From positions 364 through 64,363 of the forward strand of contig CAYHAE010000001.1 of the NCBI GenBank assembly GCA_964354545.1: a stretch of 64,000 nt of DNA, written 5' to 3'. The DNA is from an uncultured Planctomycetia bacterium. Its GTDB lineage: Bacteria > Omnitrophota > Gorgyraeia > 2-01-FULL-45-10 > JAHFGN01. Both the position numbers and the translations under genes were made by a program. The notes below the pieces were generated by a model. It did not search any database and was not told where the DNA came from. It saw nothing but the letters and a program-made list of their open reading frames with translations. Shown piece after piece: positions 48,855 through 59,104 of the stretch (positions are counted from its first letter, which is position 1; each line of letters starts with the position of its first letter).

Positions 48855-49835
48855 GTGAGGTGTAAGGGTATGGTTCGAAGGCACAGCACATGGTGCATGG
48901 CCGCTCTTTTCGGCGTCCTTATGATGGGCGCGGGGACAGGAGCCGCCGAGGTGGTCGATAAGGTCGTCGTTGTCGTGAACGATGAGGTGATCACGCTCTC
49001 AGAGGTCGACCAAAGGCTCGGCCCTCTATACCAGGAGTATCAGAACATTTACAGAGGCGCGGACCTCGCGAAGAAGGTGGAAGAGGCGCGGCAGAAGGTC
49101 ATCGATGAGCTCATCGACCAGAAGCTTCTCCTGGGAGCCGCGAAGAAGGAGGCCATAGAGGTGAAGGATAAGGAGGTCGAAGAGCGGCTCGAGGAGCTGA
49201 GGAAGAAATTCGGCTCGCGGGAGGATTTGGAGAGGGCGCTGATACGCGAGAATACCACGGTAGGGGAGATAAGGAAGAGGCTTAAAGAACAGATCGCGGT
49301 GAAAAAATTTATAAATAATAGGATCATCTCGAAAATAACAGTCTCCCCTGTTGAAGTGCGCGATTACTATGAGGCGCACCGCCATGAGTTCGGGGAACCG
49401 GAGAAGGTCAAGATGAGGGATATCCTCATCAAGATAAAGGACGGGGGAGGGTCAAACGAAAACCCTGCCGTGCTTGCCGCAGAGGTCGCGAGGAGGTTGA
49501 GAGAGGGGGGCGACTTCGCGGGGCTGGCGAAGGCCTACTCCGAAGGGCCCGGCGCGGATGAAGGCGGCTCTATGGGGTATGTGAAGAAAGGCGACCTGAA
49601 GAAAGAGATAGAGGATGTCGTCTTTGCGCTGAAGCCGGGAGAGTGTTCGAATGTCATCCGGACAGATCTGGGCTGCTACATATTTAAAGTCGAGGAAAAG
49701 GTCCCCGCCAGGGTACGGGAGCTCTCCGAGGTTCGCGTTGATATCGAAAACTTTTTGTTCAACAACAAGGCGGGAAGAAGCCTCAGAGAGGTTGCGAAAG
49801 ACCTCAGGAAGAATGCGTACATCGAGTTCAAATGA
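48855..49835 (+). CDS. surA: SurA-like periplasmic chaperone/PPIase.
   Basis: Signal peptide, SurA N-terminal domain and a parvulin domain (MRDILIK...GGSMGYVKKGDL). It is followed by pdxA and rsmA as in the E. coli surA-pdxA-ksgA operon. Confidence 0.75.
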   Translation: MRCKGMVRRHSTWCMAALFGVLMMGAGTGAAEVVDKVVVVVNDEVITLSEVDQRLGPLYQEYQNIYRGADLAKKVEEARQKVIDELIDQKLLLGAAKKEAIEVKDKEVEERLEELRKKFGSREDLERALIRENTTVGEIRKRLKEQIAVKKFINNRIISKITVSPVEVRDYYEAHRHEFGEPEKVKMRDILIKIKDGGGSNENPAVLAAEVARRLREGGDFAGLAKAYSEGPGADEGGSMGYVKKGDLKKEIEDVVFALKPGECSNVIRTDLGCYIFKVEEKVPARVRELSEVRVDIENFLFNNKAGRSLREVAKDLRKNAYIEFK

Positions 49836-50865
49836 GGACCGGCCTGTCCTCGTGACCATGGGTGACCCGTCCGGAATAGGCCCGGAGGTCATCGTGAAGG
49901 CGTTCGCGGAGGCGAGAGGGCGCGCGTTAAGATCATTTTTGCTCCTCGGCGATGCCTTTGTCATCTCCAAAACGCTCTCCGCAACAAAGACGCAGCTCCC
50001 TCTCAACCCCCTGCGAAGGTCTTCTCGGCTCATGCTGCGAAATAACGCGGTAAACCTGATCGACTTCGAGAATGTCCCCCGGAAGGGATTTGAATTCGGA
50101 CGGGAGGACAGTCGATACGGAAAGGCCTCCCTCGAGTACATCGATGAGGCCCTCAGGCTCCTCGCGGATGGAACGGGGGCCTCTCTTGTGACGGGACCCG
50201 TGAATAAAGCATCGATCGCGGGCTCCGGTGTTCCGTTCGTGGGACACACGGAGCACATGGCGGAGAGGACGGGGACGAAGCGCTATGCGATGATGCTTCT
50301 AGGCGGGACGCTCAGGGTCGTTCTCGTCACGAGGCACATTGCGCTCAAGGACGTCGCGCGCCTGCTCTCCGTTGATTCGATATGCTCCGCGATCGGGTTG
50401 ACGTACGAAGCGCTCACGAAGTATTTCAGACTGAAGGCCCCGCGGATCGGCGTGGCGGGCCTGAACCCGCACGCGGGCGATTCGAGCCTCTTCGGAAAAG
50501 AGGAAGAAGAGATCATAAGGCCCGCGATAGAGAGGGCTTCGCGCACGGTCCCTCACATCGTCGGCCCAAGGCCTCCTGACGTGATATTCTATGAGGCCTA
50601 TCGCAATAGATACGATGCGGTCGTTGCCATGTATCACGACCAGGGGCTCATCCCGCTCAAGATGCTCTATTTCGACGAAGGCGTAAACCTTACCCTCGGC
50701 CTCCCCTTCGTACGGACGTCGCCGGACCACGGAAGCGCGTTCGATATCGCCGGGCAGGGCATCGCGCACCCGCGCTCGATGCAGGAGGCGATGAAACTGG
50801 CCGTCACACTTTCCCATGCGCGACAGATAACGGGATCGCGCATGTCAATGTTCTTGCGCACATGA
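49813..50865 (+). CDS. pdxA: 4-hydroxythreonine-4-phosphate dehydrogenase.
   Basis: The sequence VLVTMGDPSGIGPEV matches the N-terminus of the PdxA family. The track ORF starts at 49651 inside surA. I chose the MRTSSS start. Confidence 0.85.
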   Translation: MRTSSSNEDRPVLVTMGDPSGIGPEVIVKAFAEARGRALRSFLLLGDAFVISKTLSATKTQLPLNPLRRSSRLMLRNNAVNLIDFENVPRKGFEFGREDSRYGKASLEYIDEALRLLADGTGASLVTGPVNKASIAGSGVPFVGHTEHMAERTGTKRYAMMLLGGTLRVVLVTRHIALKDVARLLSVDSICSAIGLTYEALTKYFRLKAPRIGVAGLNPHAGDSSLFGKEEEEIIRPAIERASRTVPHIVGPRPPDVIFYEAYRNRYDAVVAMYHDQGLIPLKMLYFDEGVNLTLGLPFVRTSPDHGSAFDIAGQGIAHPRSMQEAMKLAVTLSHARQITGSRMSMFLRT

Positions 50866-51007
50866 GTCAGAGATGCCGTGCATCAGCGATCATCTGCGAA
50901 GCCGCGCATGTGCGCGCGATAAGTGTTCATCTGAAACACCGGCGTACATGGATCTGCGCCGATCTATGAAATTAAAGCCGCATAATTCCTGACATAAGCA
51001 CCTGCAT

Positions 51008-51853
51008 ATGCACTCCAAAAAGGAACTCCTGGGGCTCTTCTCGAAGTACCGTATAAGACCCCTCAGGCGATTAGGGCAGAATTTCCTCATCGACCGTACC
51101 GCGAAGGACAGGATCATCGAGTCCGCTGCGCTGGCGAAGGACGACGTCGTCCTCGAGATAGGGCCCGGTTTCGGCGCGCTTACCTTCGATCTTGCCGCGC
51201 GCGCGAAGAGCGTGATCGCCGTTGAAAAAGATAAGTCGCTCTGCCGGTTCCTTGAGGAAGAGGCCCGCCGCAGGGCCGCAGACGTGCGCGTGGTACAAGG
51301 TGACATAGTGGACTTCGACATCTCCGCGGTGGCGCCTTCGAGAAAGATCAAGGTTATCGGCAACCTTCCTTACTATGTGACGACACCGATACTCACGCAC
51401 CTGGTCGAGGGCCGTCGATCCATTGAGTGCGCGGTGATCACAGTACAGAAGGAGGTCGCCGAGAGGCTCACGGCGCTGCCCGGAGGCAAGACATACGGCG
51501 CCCTTACCTGTTTCGTCCAGTACCATGCGGAGGTGCGCCCTCTCTGCCGCATCGATCGAACCTCGTTCTATCCCGAACCGGAAGTCGATTCCAGCCTTAT
51601 CCGCCTCGACGTACGCGGGTCACCGCCGGTTGACGTACGCGACGAAGAGCTGTTCTTTCGCGTGATACGGAAGGCGTTCAATCAGAGGAGGAAGACCATA
51701 CTGAACTCGCTCACGTCCAAGGCGCTCGGTGATATCGGTTCACGGGAGGCCGTCTCAGAAACGCTGTCGAAGGTTTCCATCGATACGCGCGTGCGGCCCG
51801 AGATGCTCAGCCTGCAGGATTTTGCGAATATCGCGAACGCGCTCACGCCGTAG
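51008..51853 (+). CDS. rsmA: 16S rRNA (adenine1518/1519-N6)-dimethyltransferase.
   Basis: LGQNFLID motif with a SAM-binding fold (VLEIGPGFGALT). Confidence 0.9.
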   Translation: MHSKKELLGLFSKYRIRPLRRLGQNFLIDRTAKDRIIESAALAKDDVVLEIGPGFGALTFDLAARAKSVIAVEKDKSLCRFLEEEARRRAADVRVVQGDIVDFDISAVAPSRKIKVIGNLPYYVTTPILTHLVEGRRSIECAVITVQKEVAERLTALPGGKTYGALTCFVQYHAEVRPLCRIDRTSFYPEPEVDSSLIRLDVRGSPPVDVRDEELFFRVIRKAFNQRRKTILNSLTSKALGDIGSREAVSETLSKVSIDTRVRPEMLSLQDFANIANALTP

Positions 51854-51931
51854 TTTATACCGTTTGAGAATCGCATCGGCAACGTGTTCCCGAGTTGAGA
51901 TCCCACCTGCTCCCAACGACCGCACTACGCC

Positions 51932-51966
51932 ATACGCAATACGCGATACGCAATACGCAATACGAA
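51932..51966. repeat. Five tandem heptamers ATACGCA / ATACGCG / ATACGAA.
   Basis: Direct reading. It lies in the rsmA-gatC spacer. The motif resembles the CGCTATACGC repeat arms seen elsewhere in the window. Confidence 0.6.
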
Positions 51967-52036
51967 TTATGCTGCACCACTGAGTCGAGCCGAAGGGTTG
52001 ACTTTTCAATGGGTATATGGTAATTTATTTAATATT

Positions 52037-52330
52037 ATGATAGATAAAAAGACCGTAGAGCGTGTGGCACTCCTCTCCAGGCTCAGGCTCAACGAAGACG
52101 AGCTCGAGCTCTACAGCCGGCAGTTGGCATCCATCGTATCGTATATCAGTAAATTGAATGAGCTGGATACGAAGGATACGCTTCCGACAAGCCATGCCCT
52201 GTCGACCCTTAAGAATGTCTTCAGAAGCGATCGCGGGAGGGCATCGCTTCCCATCGAGGAAGTCTTGAGCAATGCGCCGGCCAGAGAAGGGGACTTCTTC
52301 AAGATCCCAAAAGTGATAGAGGGGAAATAG
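52037..52330 (+). CDS. gatC: Glutamyl/aspartyl-tRNA amidotransferase subunit C.
   Basis: MIDKKTVERVALLSRLRL..DELE. The 97-aa length is typical and gatA and gatB follow. Confidence 0.85.
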   Translation: MIDKKTVERVALLSRLRLNEDELELYSRQLASIVSYISKLNELDTKDTLPTSHALSTLKNVFRSDRGRASLPIEEVLSNAPAREGDFFKIPKVIEGK

Positions 52331-52336
52331 TCTTCA

Positions 52337-53791
52337 ATGGAAGCGCTCTACAACCTCACCGCTCACCGCTTACGCGATAGGCTGCGCCGAAAAGAGATCA
52401 GGCCTTCCGACATCGTCTCGGACGTCGTTGCGAGGATCGCGGGCGTGGAGGAAAAGGTCCACAGCTATGCTGCGCTCAACGAGTCGGGCGCCCGAAAGGC
52501 CGCACATGCGCTGGACGCGACTGCTGCCGGGGGGGCCCTCTACGGCATCCCGGTCCTCGTGAAAGATAACATATGCGTCAAGGGCGAAGAGACGACGTGC
52601 TCGTCGAGGATATTGAAGGGATTTGCCCCTCCGTACGATGCGACGGTGGTAAGGAAATTGAAGGAGGCGCACGCAGTGCTTTTGGGCAAGGCGAATATGG
52701 ATGAGTTCGCCTTCGGCTCTTCGTGTGAAACGTCATGTTATGGGCCGACGCGCAATCCCTGGGACCTCGAGAGGATCCCCGGCGGATCGAGCGGCGGTTC
52801 GGCCGCGGCGGTCGCGTCGGGAGAAGCGACCCTGGCGCTCGGTTCAGACACGGGCGGTTCTATACGGCAGCCTGCGGCAATGTGCGGGGTCGTCGGGATG
52901 AAGCCGACCTACGGAAGGGTTTCAAGGTACGGGCTCATCGCGTTCGCCTCAAGCCTCGACCAGATCGGCCCGATCGCGAGGGACGTCGAAGACGCGGCGC
53001 TCCTCCTGAACGTGATCGCGGGCTACGACGAGATGGACTCCACCTCGGTCGATATCCCCGTTCCTGATTACGGGAAATCGCTCGTCGACGACGTCAGGGG
53101 CATCACGATAGGGGTCCCGCGAGAGTACGTCGGTAAAGGCGGGATAGACGCGGGCGTCTTGAAGGCGGTGAGGGAGGCGATAGACGAGCTGAAGGGCCGC
53201 GGCGCGGGCGTGAAAGAGATCTCACTTCCGCACACGGACTACGCGGTGAGCGTATACTATATCATCGCGCCCGCAGAAGCGAGCTCCAACCTCGCGAGGT
53301 TCGACGGCGTCCAATACGGCTTCAGGGCTGAAGACGCAAGAGATCTCATCGATATGTATATCGAGACCCGGTCCAGGGCGTTCGGAAATGAGGCGAAGAG
53401 GAGGATACTGCTCGGGACGTATGTCCTTTCAAGCGGCTACTATGAGGCGTACTACCTGAAGGCGCAAAAGGTGAGGACAAAGATAAAGGAGGATTTCGAT
53501 AATGCCTTCAAGGTCGTCGACTGCATTATTACCCCCACCGCACCGACGGCAGCCTTTAAGATAGGGGAAAAGACGGCAGACCCCTTAAGCATGTACCTCT
53601 CCGATATATTCACGATACCGGCTAACCTCGCCGGTATTCCCGGGCTGTCTCTCCCGTGCGGATTTACACAGGCGGGACTTCCGATAGGGATGCAGCTCCT
53701 GGGGAAGCCGTTTGGCGAAGAGATGCTTTTCAGGGTCGCGTACACGTACGAACAGCACACGGACTGGCACACGAGACGGCCGGCGTTGTGA
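52337..53791 (+). CDS. gatA: Glutamyl/aspartyl-tRNA amidotransferase subunit A.
   Basis: Amidase signature with [12 protein letters not shown] and the catalytic Ser-cisSer-Lys context. Confidence 0.95.
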   Translation: MEALYNLTAHRLRDRLRRKEIRPSDIVSDVVARIAGVEEKVHSYAALNESGARKAAHALDATAAGGALYGIPVLVKDNICVKGEETTCSSRILKGFAPPYDATVVRKLKEAHAVLLGKANMDEFAFGSSCETSCYGPTRNPWDLERIPGGSSGGSAAAVASGEATLALGSDTGGSIRQPAAMCGVVGMKPTYGRVSRYGLIAFASSLDQIGPIARDVEDAALLLNVIAGYDEMDSTSVDIPVPDYGKSLVDDVRGITIGVPREYVGKGGIDAGVLKAVREAIDELKGRGAGVKEISLPHTDYAVSVYYIIAPAEASSNLARFDGVQYGFRAEDARDLIDMYIETRSRAFGNEAKRRILLGTYVLSSGYYEAYYLKAQKVRTKIKEDFDNAFKVVDCIITPTAPTAAFKIGEKTADPLSMYLSDIFTIPANLAGIPGLSLPCGFTQAGLPIGMQLLGKPFGEEMLFRVAYTYEQHTDWHTRRPAL

Positions 53792-53809
53792 CGGCAAATG
53801 CAGGAAGTG

Positions 53810-53841
53810 TTCCGCCGAAGGCGGATCCGCCTTCGGCGGAA
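53810..53841. repeat. Second copy of the REP-like palindrome TTCCGCCGAAGGCGGATCCGCCTTCGGCGGAA.
   Basis: Matches 41421-41452 at 31 of 32 positions. Confidence 0.7.
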
Positions 53842-53879
53842 AAGTGCAATGTGTAAAGTGTAAGATGTGATCAGATACC

Positions 53880-55310
53880 ATGGAATATGAACCTGTCATA
53901 GGACTAGAGGTCCACCTCCAGCTCTCGACCGAGACGAAGGCGTTCTGCGGCTGCTCGACGCGTTTCGGGCAGAGGCCGAACTCTCAAACATGCCCTGTCT
54001 GTCTTGGTTTTCCCGGGGCACTGCCCGTCTTCAACGAGAGGGCATTTCGCTATTCGCTCAAAGTGGCCCTTGCCTTGCGCTGCGATATCCAGAAGTATGT
54101 GAAATTTGACAGGAAGAACTACTACTATCCTGATTTGCCGAAGAATTACCAGATATCGCAATTCGACAAGCCGCTTGCCTATAACGGCACGGTGGGGATC
54201 GCCTCCGAAGGCTCCCCCAAAGAGATCCGCGTCAGGAGGGTGCATATCGAAGAAGATGCGGGCAAGCTCATCCACGAGACGCACGGTAACTTCAGCGTCG
54301 CGGATTACAACAGGGCAGGTATCCCCCTGCTCGAGATCGTGACGGAACCGGACCTCAATTCTCCTGAAGAGGCATATGAGTACCTTGTGAGGCTCAAATC
54401 GATCTTGGAGTATTTGGACGTCTCTGACTGCGATATGGAGAAGGGGAGCCTGCGCTGCGATGCGAACATATCCGTGCGGCCTAAAGGGGAGGCCTCTCTC
54501 GGCACAAAGGTTGAGTTGAAGAATATGAACACCTTCAAAGGCGTGAGAAGTGCGCTCGCGTATGAAGTGGACAGGCAGCTCGAGGCGGCCTCATCAGGAG
54601 AGGCGCTCGTCCAGGAGACGCGCCTGTGGGATGCCGGGAAGGGCGTGACGGCCTCAATGAGGTCAAAGGAAGAGGCCCATGATTACAGGTATTTCCCCGA
54701 ACCCGACCTCGTCCCGTTCGTCGTGGCAGAGGCATTGATCGGCGAGATCCGGAAGGAGCTGCCCGAACTTCCGGACCGGAGGGCACGGCGGTTCACAGAG
54801 ACCCTCTCGCTCTCCGAGTACGACGCCCGCGTCCTGACGAGCGATAGGAGGCTGGCAGATTACTTCGAGGAGTGCATCGGCCTCTACAATAAGCCGAAGG
54901 CGCTCGCGAACTGGATAATGGGCGATATGCTGAGCCAGATGAACGAGAGAAAGGTCGATATCGCGGGGCTCGCGCTCAGGCCCCGTGATCTCATCGGCCT
55001 CATGCAGATGATAGACTCGGGCGAGATAAGCGGGAAGATCGCGAAAGAGATATTCATCGAGATGGTAGAGACCAAGAAGGCGCCGCAGGACATTGTGAGA
55101 TCCAAGGGGATGTTCCAGATCCGGAGCGCCGAAGAAGTGGACCGCGCGGTGAGGGCCGTGGTGGAGAAGAACAGAAAATCGGTGGAAGACTATAAGGCGG
55201 GGAAGAGAAATGCGTTCACGTATCTCGTCGGCCAGGTGATGAAGGAGACGAAGGGGAGGGCGAACCCCGCGCTTGCGAATGAGATATTGAAAAAGATCTT
55301 GGGAGAATAA
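53880..55310 (+). CDS. gatB: Glutamyl/aspartyl-tRNA amidotransferase subunit B.
   Basis: MEYEPVIGLEVHLQL..TKAFCGCS. The 476-aa length is typical. Confidence 0.95.
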   Translation: MEYEPVIGLEVHLQLSTETKAFCGCSTRFGQRPNSQTCPVCLGFPGALPVFNERAFRYSLKVALALRCDIQKYVKFDRKNYYYPDLPKNYQISQFDKPLAYNGTVGIASEGSPKEIRVRRVHIEEDAGKLIHETHGNFSVADYNRAGIPLLEIVTEPDLNSPEEAYEYLVRLKSILEYLDVSDCDMEKGSLRCDANISVRPKGEASLGTKVELKNMNTFKGVRSALAYEVDRQLEAASSGEALVQETRLWDAGKGVTASMRSKEEAHDYRYFPEPDLVPFVVAEALIGEIRKELPELPDRRARRFTETLSLSEYDARVLTSDRRLADYFEECIGLYNKPKALANWIMGDMLSQMNERKVDIAGLALRPRDLIGLMQMIDSGEISGKIAKEIFIEMVETKKAPQDIVRSKGMFQIRSAEEVDRAVRAVVEKNRKSVEDYKAGKRNAFTYLVGQVMKETKGRANPALANEILKKILGE

Positions 55311-55311
55311 T

Positions 55312-56619
55312 ATGAAGACAGGAAGGATCCGTTCATTGTTCATGGCGGTGGTTCTCATCGCGGCGGCGGGATTTGTGGTGAAAGGCATATGCGGACAGGA
55401 GGCCTTACACGGGCCCCAGACAAAGGCGGTCAAGCCCAAAGAGGACCTCTACGTCCAGATGGAGCTTTTCGCCGATTCGTTGAGCGTGATACAGTCCGAC
55501 TATGTGGTTGACGTAGATACGAAGAAACTCATTTACGGCGCGCTCAAAGGCATGCTCGCCTCCCTCGACGACTACAGCCAGTTCATGGAACCCAGCGAGT
55601 ATAACGAGATAAAAGTGGAGTCGAAGGGCGAATTCGGCGGCATCGGGATCGAGATGAACCTCAAGGACGGCATCCTCACCGTTATCTCTCCGATATCGGG
55701 TTCCCCTGCGGACAAGGCCGGCGTCATGGCGGGGGACAGGATCATAAAGGTGAACGGGAAGATCACCAAGAAAATGACGATGGACGACGCGGTGAAGGAA
55801 TTGCGGGGAGAACCGGGGACCATGGTGGGCCTCACGCTCTGGCGCGAGAAGGAAGAAAGAATAGTGGACGTCTCGATCAAGAGGGACATCATAAAGATCG
55901 AGAGCATAAATGAGGCAGATCTCCTCGAGGACAAGATCGGGTATATACGGCTCATTGAATTCCAGGAGAATACGCCCCGCGATCTCGAGGAAGCGGTCGC
56001 GCGGCTGAAGAAGGAAGGGATGGATTCCCTTATCTTCGATCTGCGGAACAATCCCGGCGGCCTCCTCGACGTCGCCATCGCGGTCTCGGAGAAATTCCTG
56101 CAGAAGGGCAGCCTCATCGTGTCAACGAAGTCGAGGGTCGCTTCCCAGAATGTCGAGTTCAGGGCGAAAAATGAGAAGCCCTACACCGATTTTCCCATGG
56201 TCATTCTCGTGAACGAGGGTTCGGCGAGCGCCTCGGAGATCGCCGCAGGGGCGATCCAGGATAATCGACGCGGTATCGTGGCGGGGACAAAGACGTACGG
56301 GAAGGGTTCCGTCCAGACCGTGATGCCGCTCAAGGATGGCTCCGCGCTCCGGCTCACGACCGCCTCGTACCTTACTCCGAGCGGAAGGTCTATCAGCGGT
56401 GAGGGGATCATCCCGGATGTCTTTGTAGAGCAGGTGCAGTATCAGGAAGAGCCAAAGGCCAAGAAGGAAGACATCTTTAAGAAACTGGAGACAAAGAGCG
56501 AGGAGAAGAAAGAGGGGAAAGAGCCCCGGGTGAAGAAGGAGAAGGTGCGGGACTATCAGTTGGAACGCGCGATCGACATCATAAAAGGGATAAAGGCCTA
56601 TAAGAAGATAACGGCGTGA
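55312..56619 (+). CDS. S41-family carboxyl-terminal processing protease.
   Basis: Signal/TM segment, a PDZ domain and the S41 core (LIFDLRNNPGGLL, GSASASEI). Confidence 0.85.
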   Translation: MKTGRIRSLFMAVVLIAAAGFVVKGICGQEALHGPQTKAVKPKEDLYVQMELFADSLSVIQSDYVVDVDTKKLIYGALKGMLASLDDYSQFMEPSEYNEIKVESKGEFGGIGIEMNLKDGILTVISPISGSPADKAGVMAGDRIIKVNGKITKKMTMDDAVKELRGEPGTMVGLTLWREKEERIVDVSIKRDIIKIESINEADLLEDKIGYIRLIEFQENTPRDLEEAVARLKKEGMDSLIFDLRNNPGGLLDVAIAVSEKFLQKGSLIVSTKSRVASQNVEFRAKNEKPYTDFPMVILVNEGSASASEIAAGAIQDNRRGIVAGTKTYGKGSVQTVMPLKDGSALRLTTASYLTPSGRSISGEGIIPDVFVEQVQYQEEPKAKKEDIFKKLETKSEEKKEGKEPRVKKEKVRDYQLERAIDIIKGIKAYKKITA

Positions 56620-56656
56620 GACGCATCTCCTCACGCAGCGGGGCTTCTAAAGGGGA

Positions 56657-57766
56657 GTGGACCGTATGAGACCAAAAACGCTTGTGATCGGCGCGATCGT
56701 AATCGCCGCGTTCATCGGCTCCGTTCTCTTTCTCAGGAGCGCGGTGACCGTGCTCGACAAGTCCGAGGAACTGGACCGCGCGCTGTCACCGGTATTCTCA
56801 AAATTCGATATCTCCGGGACGAACATGGCGAAGGAAGCCCGCGCGGAGGCCCGGCGAGGCATACGGCGGTACGTCCACGTGCACAGGGACTACGAGACGA
56901 GGGGCGTCAATTTCAGGAATTTCACAAAGGCGCTTGAGGCAGGGCTCAAAAAGAGGGGTTTCGCGGTCTCGAAGAGCGATTACTCGGCGGCACAGGGTGT
57001 CGAGGAGGCCTCTTACGCCGTTACGTTCAGGGGGCTCGACGTCATGTCGATAAGGCTCTCGCAGAGGCGCGCCGCGAAGCGGCCGGCGATCAAGAAGGTC
57101 TACCCGAACCCGAGGGTCGCCATTGTCCTCGATGATTTCGGATATAACAATGAGAACCTCGCGGCCCTCTTTGAAATGGGCATCCCGGTCACCTTTTCCG
57201 TATTGCCAAACTTGAAATATTCCTCTACGATCTCACGCGCGGCGCGCTCGAAGGGATACGAAGTCATCCTCCACCTCCCTCTCGAACCGCACAGGAAGAA
57301 CGTGAAGGAGGAGGTCAATACGATAAATTCGAGGCTCCCCGAGAGCGAGATCCTTGCGCGGCTCGACAGTGACATCAAGAGCGTCCCCGGCCTGGTCGGC
57401 GTATCAAACCATATGGGTTCTCAGTCGACCGAGGACCCGAAGCTCATGGGCATCATATTGCGGGCGCTTGAGGCGCGAAGGCTTTTCTTTCTCGACAGCA
57501 TGACGGCGAGCAAATCGGTCTGCGAAGAGGCCGCAAAGGAAGCCGGCGTGAAGTTCGCCAAGCGGAGCGTCTTTCTTGACAATACGCCCGGCGCGGACAA
57601 GATCAGGGATCAGATATATCTCCTGGAGCAGCGCGCCTTCGCCACCGGAGCGGCGATCGCGATAGGCCACGACAAAAAGGTCACGGTGAAGGTCTTGAGC
57701 GAGGAGCTGCCCGCGCTCGCACGCGAAGGGGTTCGTTTTGTGACGGTGGCGGAGCTCGTGAAGTGA
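56657..57766 (+). CDS. Divergent polysaccharide deacetylase-family protein (YibQ-like).
   Basis: N-terminal TM segment. The sequence VAIVLDDFGYN...PVTFSVLP...ILHLPLEP...VSNHMGS matches the YibQ/DUF610 family. Confidence 0.75.
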   Translation: MDRMRPKTLVIGAIVIAAFIGSVLFLRSAVTVLDKSEELDRALSPVFSKFDISGTNMAKEARAEARRGIRRYVHVHRDYETRGVNFRNFTKALEAGLKKRGFAVSKSDYSAAQGVEEASYAVTFRGLDVMSIRLSQRRAAKRPAIKKVYPNPRVAIVLDDFGYNNENLAALFEMGIPVTFSVLPNLKYSSTISRAARSKGYEVILHLPLEPHRKNVKEEVNTINSRLPESEILARLDSDIKSVPGLVGVSNHMGSQSTEDPKLMGIILRALEARRLFFLDSMTASKSVCEEAAKEAGVKFAKRSVFLDNTPGADKIRDQIYLLEQRAFATGAAIAIGHDKKVTVKVLSEELPALAREGVRFVTVAELVK

Positions 57767-57971
57767 TGGCGGTAATGTATGCAGCATGCGCAGATGACCA
57801 CAGACTTCACGTGCATCGGCATATTCACTGATGATCACAGATGCCGCGGATCAGTGATGATCAGTGAACCCGTGAGTCTTTCATGCGATCCGTGATCATC
57901 TGCGGAAGATCAACGGTGTGCGCGATTTCGCATGAGCCGAGTTTAAAAAATGTCTGTTATAAAGGCCTAAC

Positions 57972-59018
57972 GTGATCACGCTCGGTATAGAGACCTCGTG
58001 TGACGAGACGGCCATCGCGGTGACGGATGGGAGGCGGGTCCTTTCAAACTGTGTGACGTCGAGCGTCCACCTCCACTCCCGATACGGAGGTGTGGTCCCG
58101 GAGATCGCGACGAGGCACCATGTTGAGTACATCAGCCAGGTCCTCTCGTGCGCGCTGCGGCACGCCGGCAAGAAGGCTAAGGATATCGAGCTCGTCTCGG
58201 TGACGAGGGGGCCGGGGCTCGTCGGGGCGCTTCTCATAGGGGTCTCGATGGCGAAGGCGATGAGCTACGCGCTCGGGATCCCGCTCGTGGGGGTCAACCA
58301 CGTCCTCGCCCACATGTACAGCGTATTCTTTACCGAGAAGGCCCCTCCCAGGTTTCCGTTCGTGGGCCTCGTGGTCTCCGGGGGCCACACGAGCCTCTAC
58401 CTGTGCAGGGATTTCCTGCGCACGGAGCTCTTGGGCCAGACGCAGGACGATGCGCTCGGTGAGGCCTATGACAAGGTCGCGAAGATATTGGCCCTGGGTT
58501 TTCCGGGAGGGCCGGTCATCGAGAGGGCCGCAAGGCTTTCGAAGGGTGAGCACCGGGTCAGGTTTCCTCGAAGTTACCTGAGCGAAGATTCTTTAGATTT
58601 TAGTTTCAGCGGAGTGAAAACTGCGGTATTATATTATATCAGGCCCCCCGCGCATGCCCGCGCGCGGAGCATACATGTCCGGGGGAGGCCGCGGCAGCGG
58701 ATGGACCGCGGCGCGATAAACGATATATGCCACGCGTTTCAGGAGGCGGTCCTCGATGTCGTCGTCGAGAAGACGGTACGCGCGTGTGAGCAGAAAGGCG
58801 TCAGGGCGGCGGTTGTCGGCGGCGGGGTCAGTGCAAACGGCCGTCTGAGGGAGAATCTTACATGTGCCGCTGCCTCTCGGGGCATACGGGTATATTTCCC
58901 GACAATGGAGTTCTGCACTGACAACGGCGCGATGATCGGCGTGCTGGGCGAAGGGCTTTACAGGCGGGGCTTTGAGTCGGACCTTTCTATGACCGCGGAC
59001 CCGAACCTGACACTGTGA
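57972..59018 (+). CDS. tsaD: tRNA N6-adenosine threonylcarbamoyltransferase TsaD.
   Basis: LGIETSCDETAIAV and the Kae1/TsaD metal-binding His pair. It contains a GC-rich insertion of about 25 aa (RPPAHARARSIHVRGRPRQRMDRGA). GTG start. Confidence 0.9.
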   Translation: MITLGIETSCDETAIAVTDGRRVLSNCVTSSVHLHSRYGGVVPEIATRHHVEYISQVLSCALRHAGKKAKDIELVSVTRGPGLVGALLIGVSMAKAMSYALGIPLVGVNHVLAHMYSVFFTEKAPPRFPFVGLVVSGGHTSLYLCRDFLRTELLGQTQDDALGEAYDKVAKILALGFPGGPVIERAARLSKGEHRVRFPRSYLSEDSLDFSFSGVKTAVLYYIRPPAHARARSIHVRGRPRQRMDRGAINDICHAFQEAVLDVVVEKTVRACEQKGVRAAVVGGGVSANGRLRENLTCAAASRGIRVYFPTMEFCTDNGAMIGVLGEGLYRRGFESDLSMTADPNLTL

Positions 59019-59104
59019 GGAAAGACACCGGTTGCACAGATATTCTTTCTGTCATTGCAATGACACGGGTTCACACTTAAAAGAAACGATGAGGAGAGAT
59101 ACGA

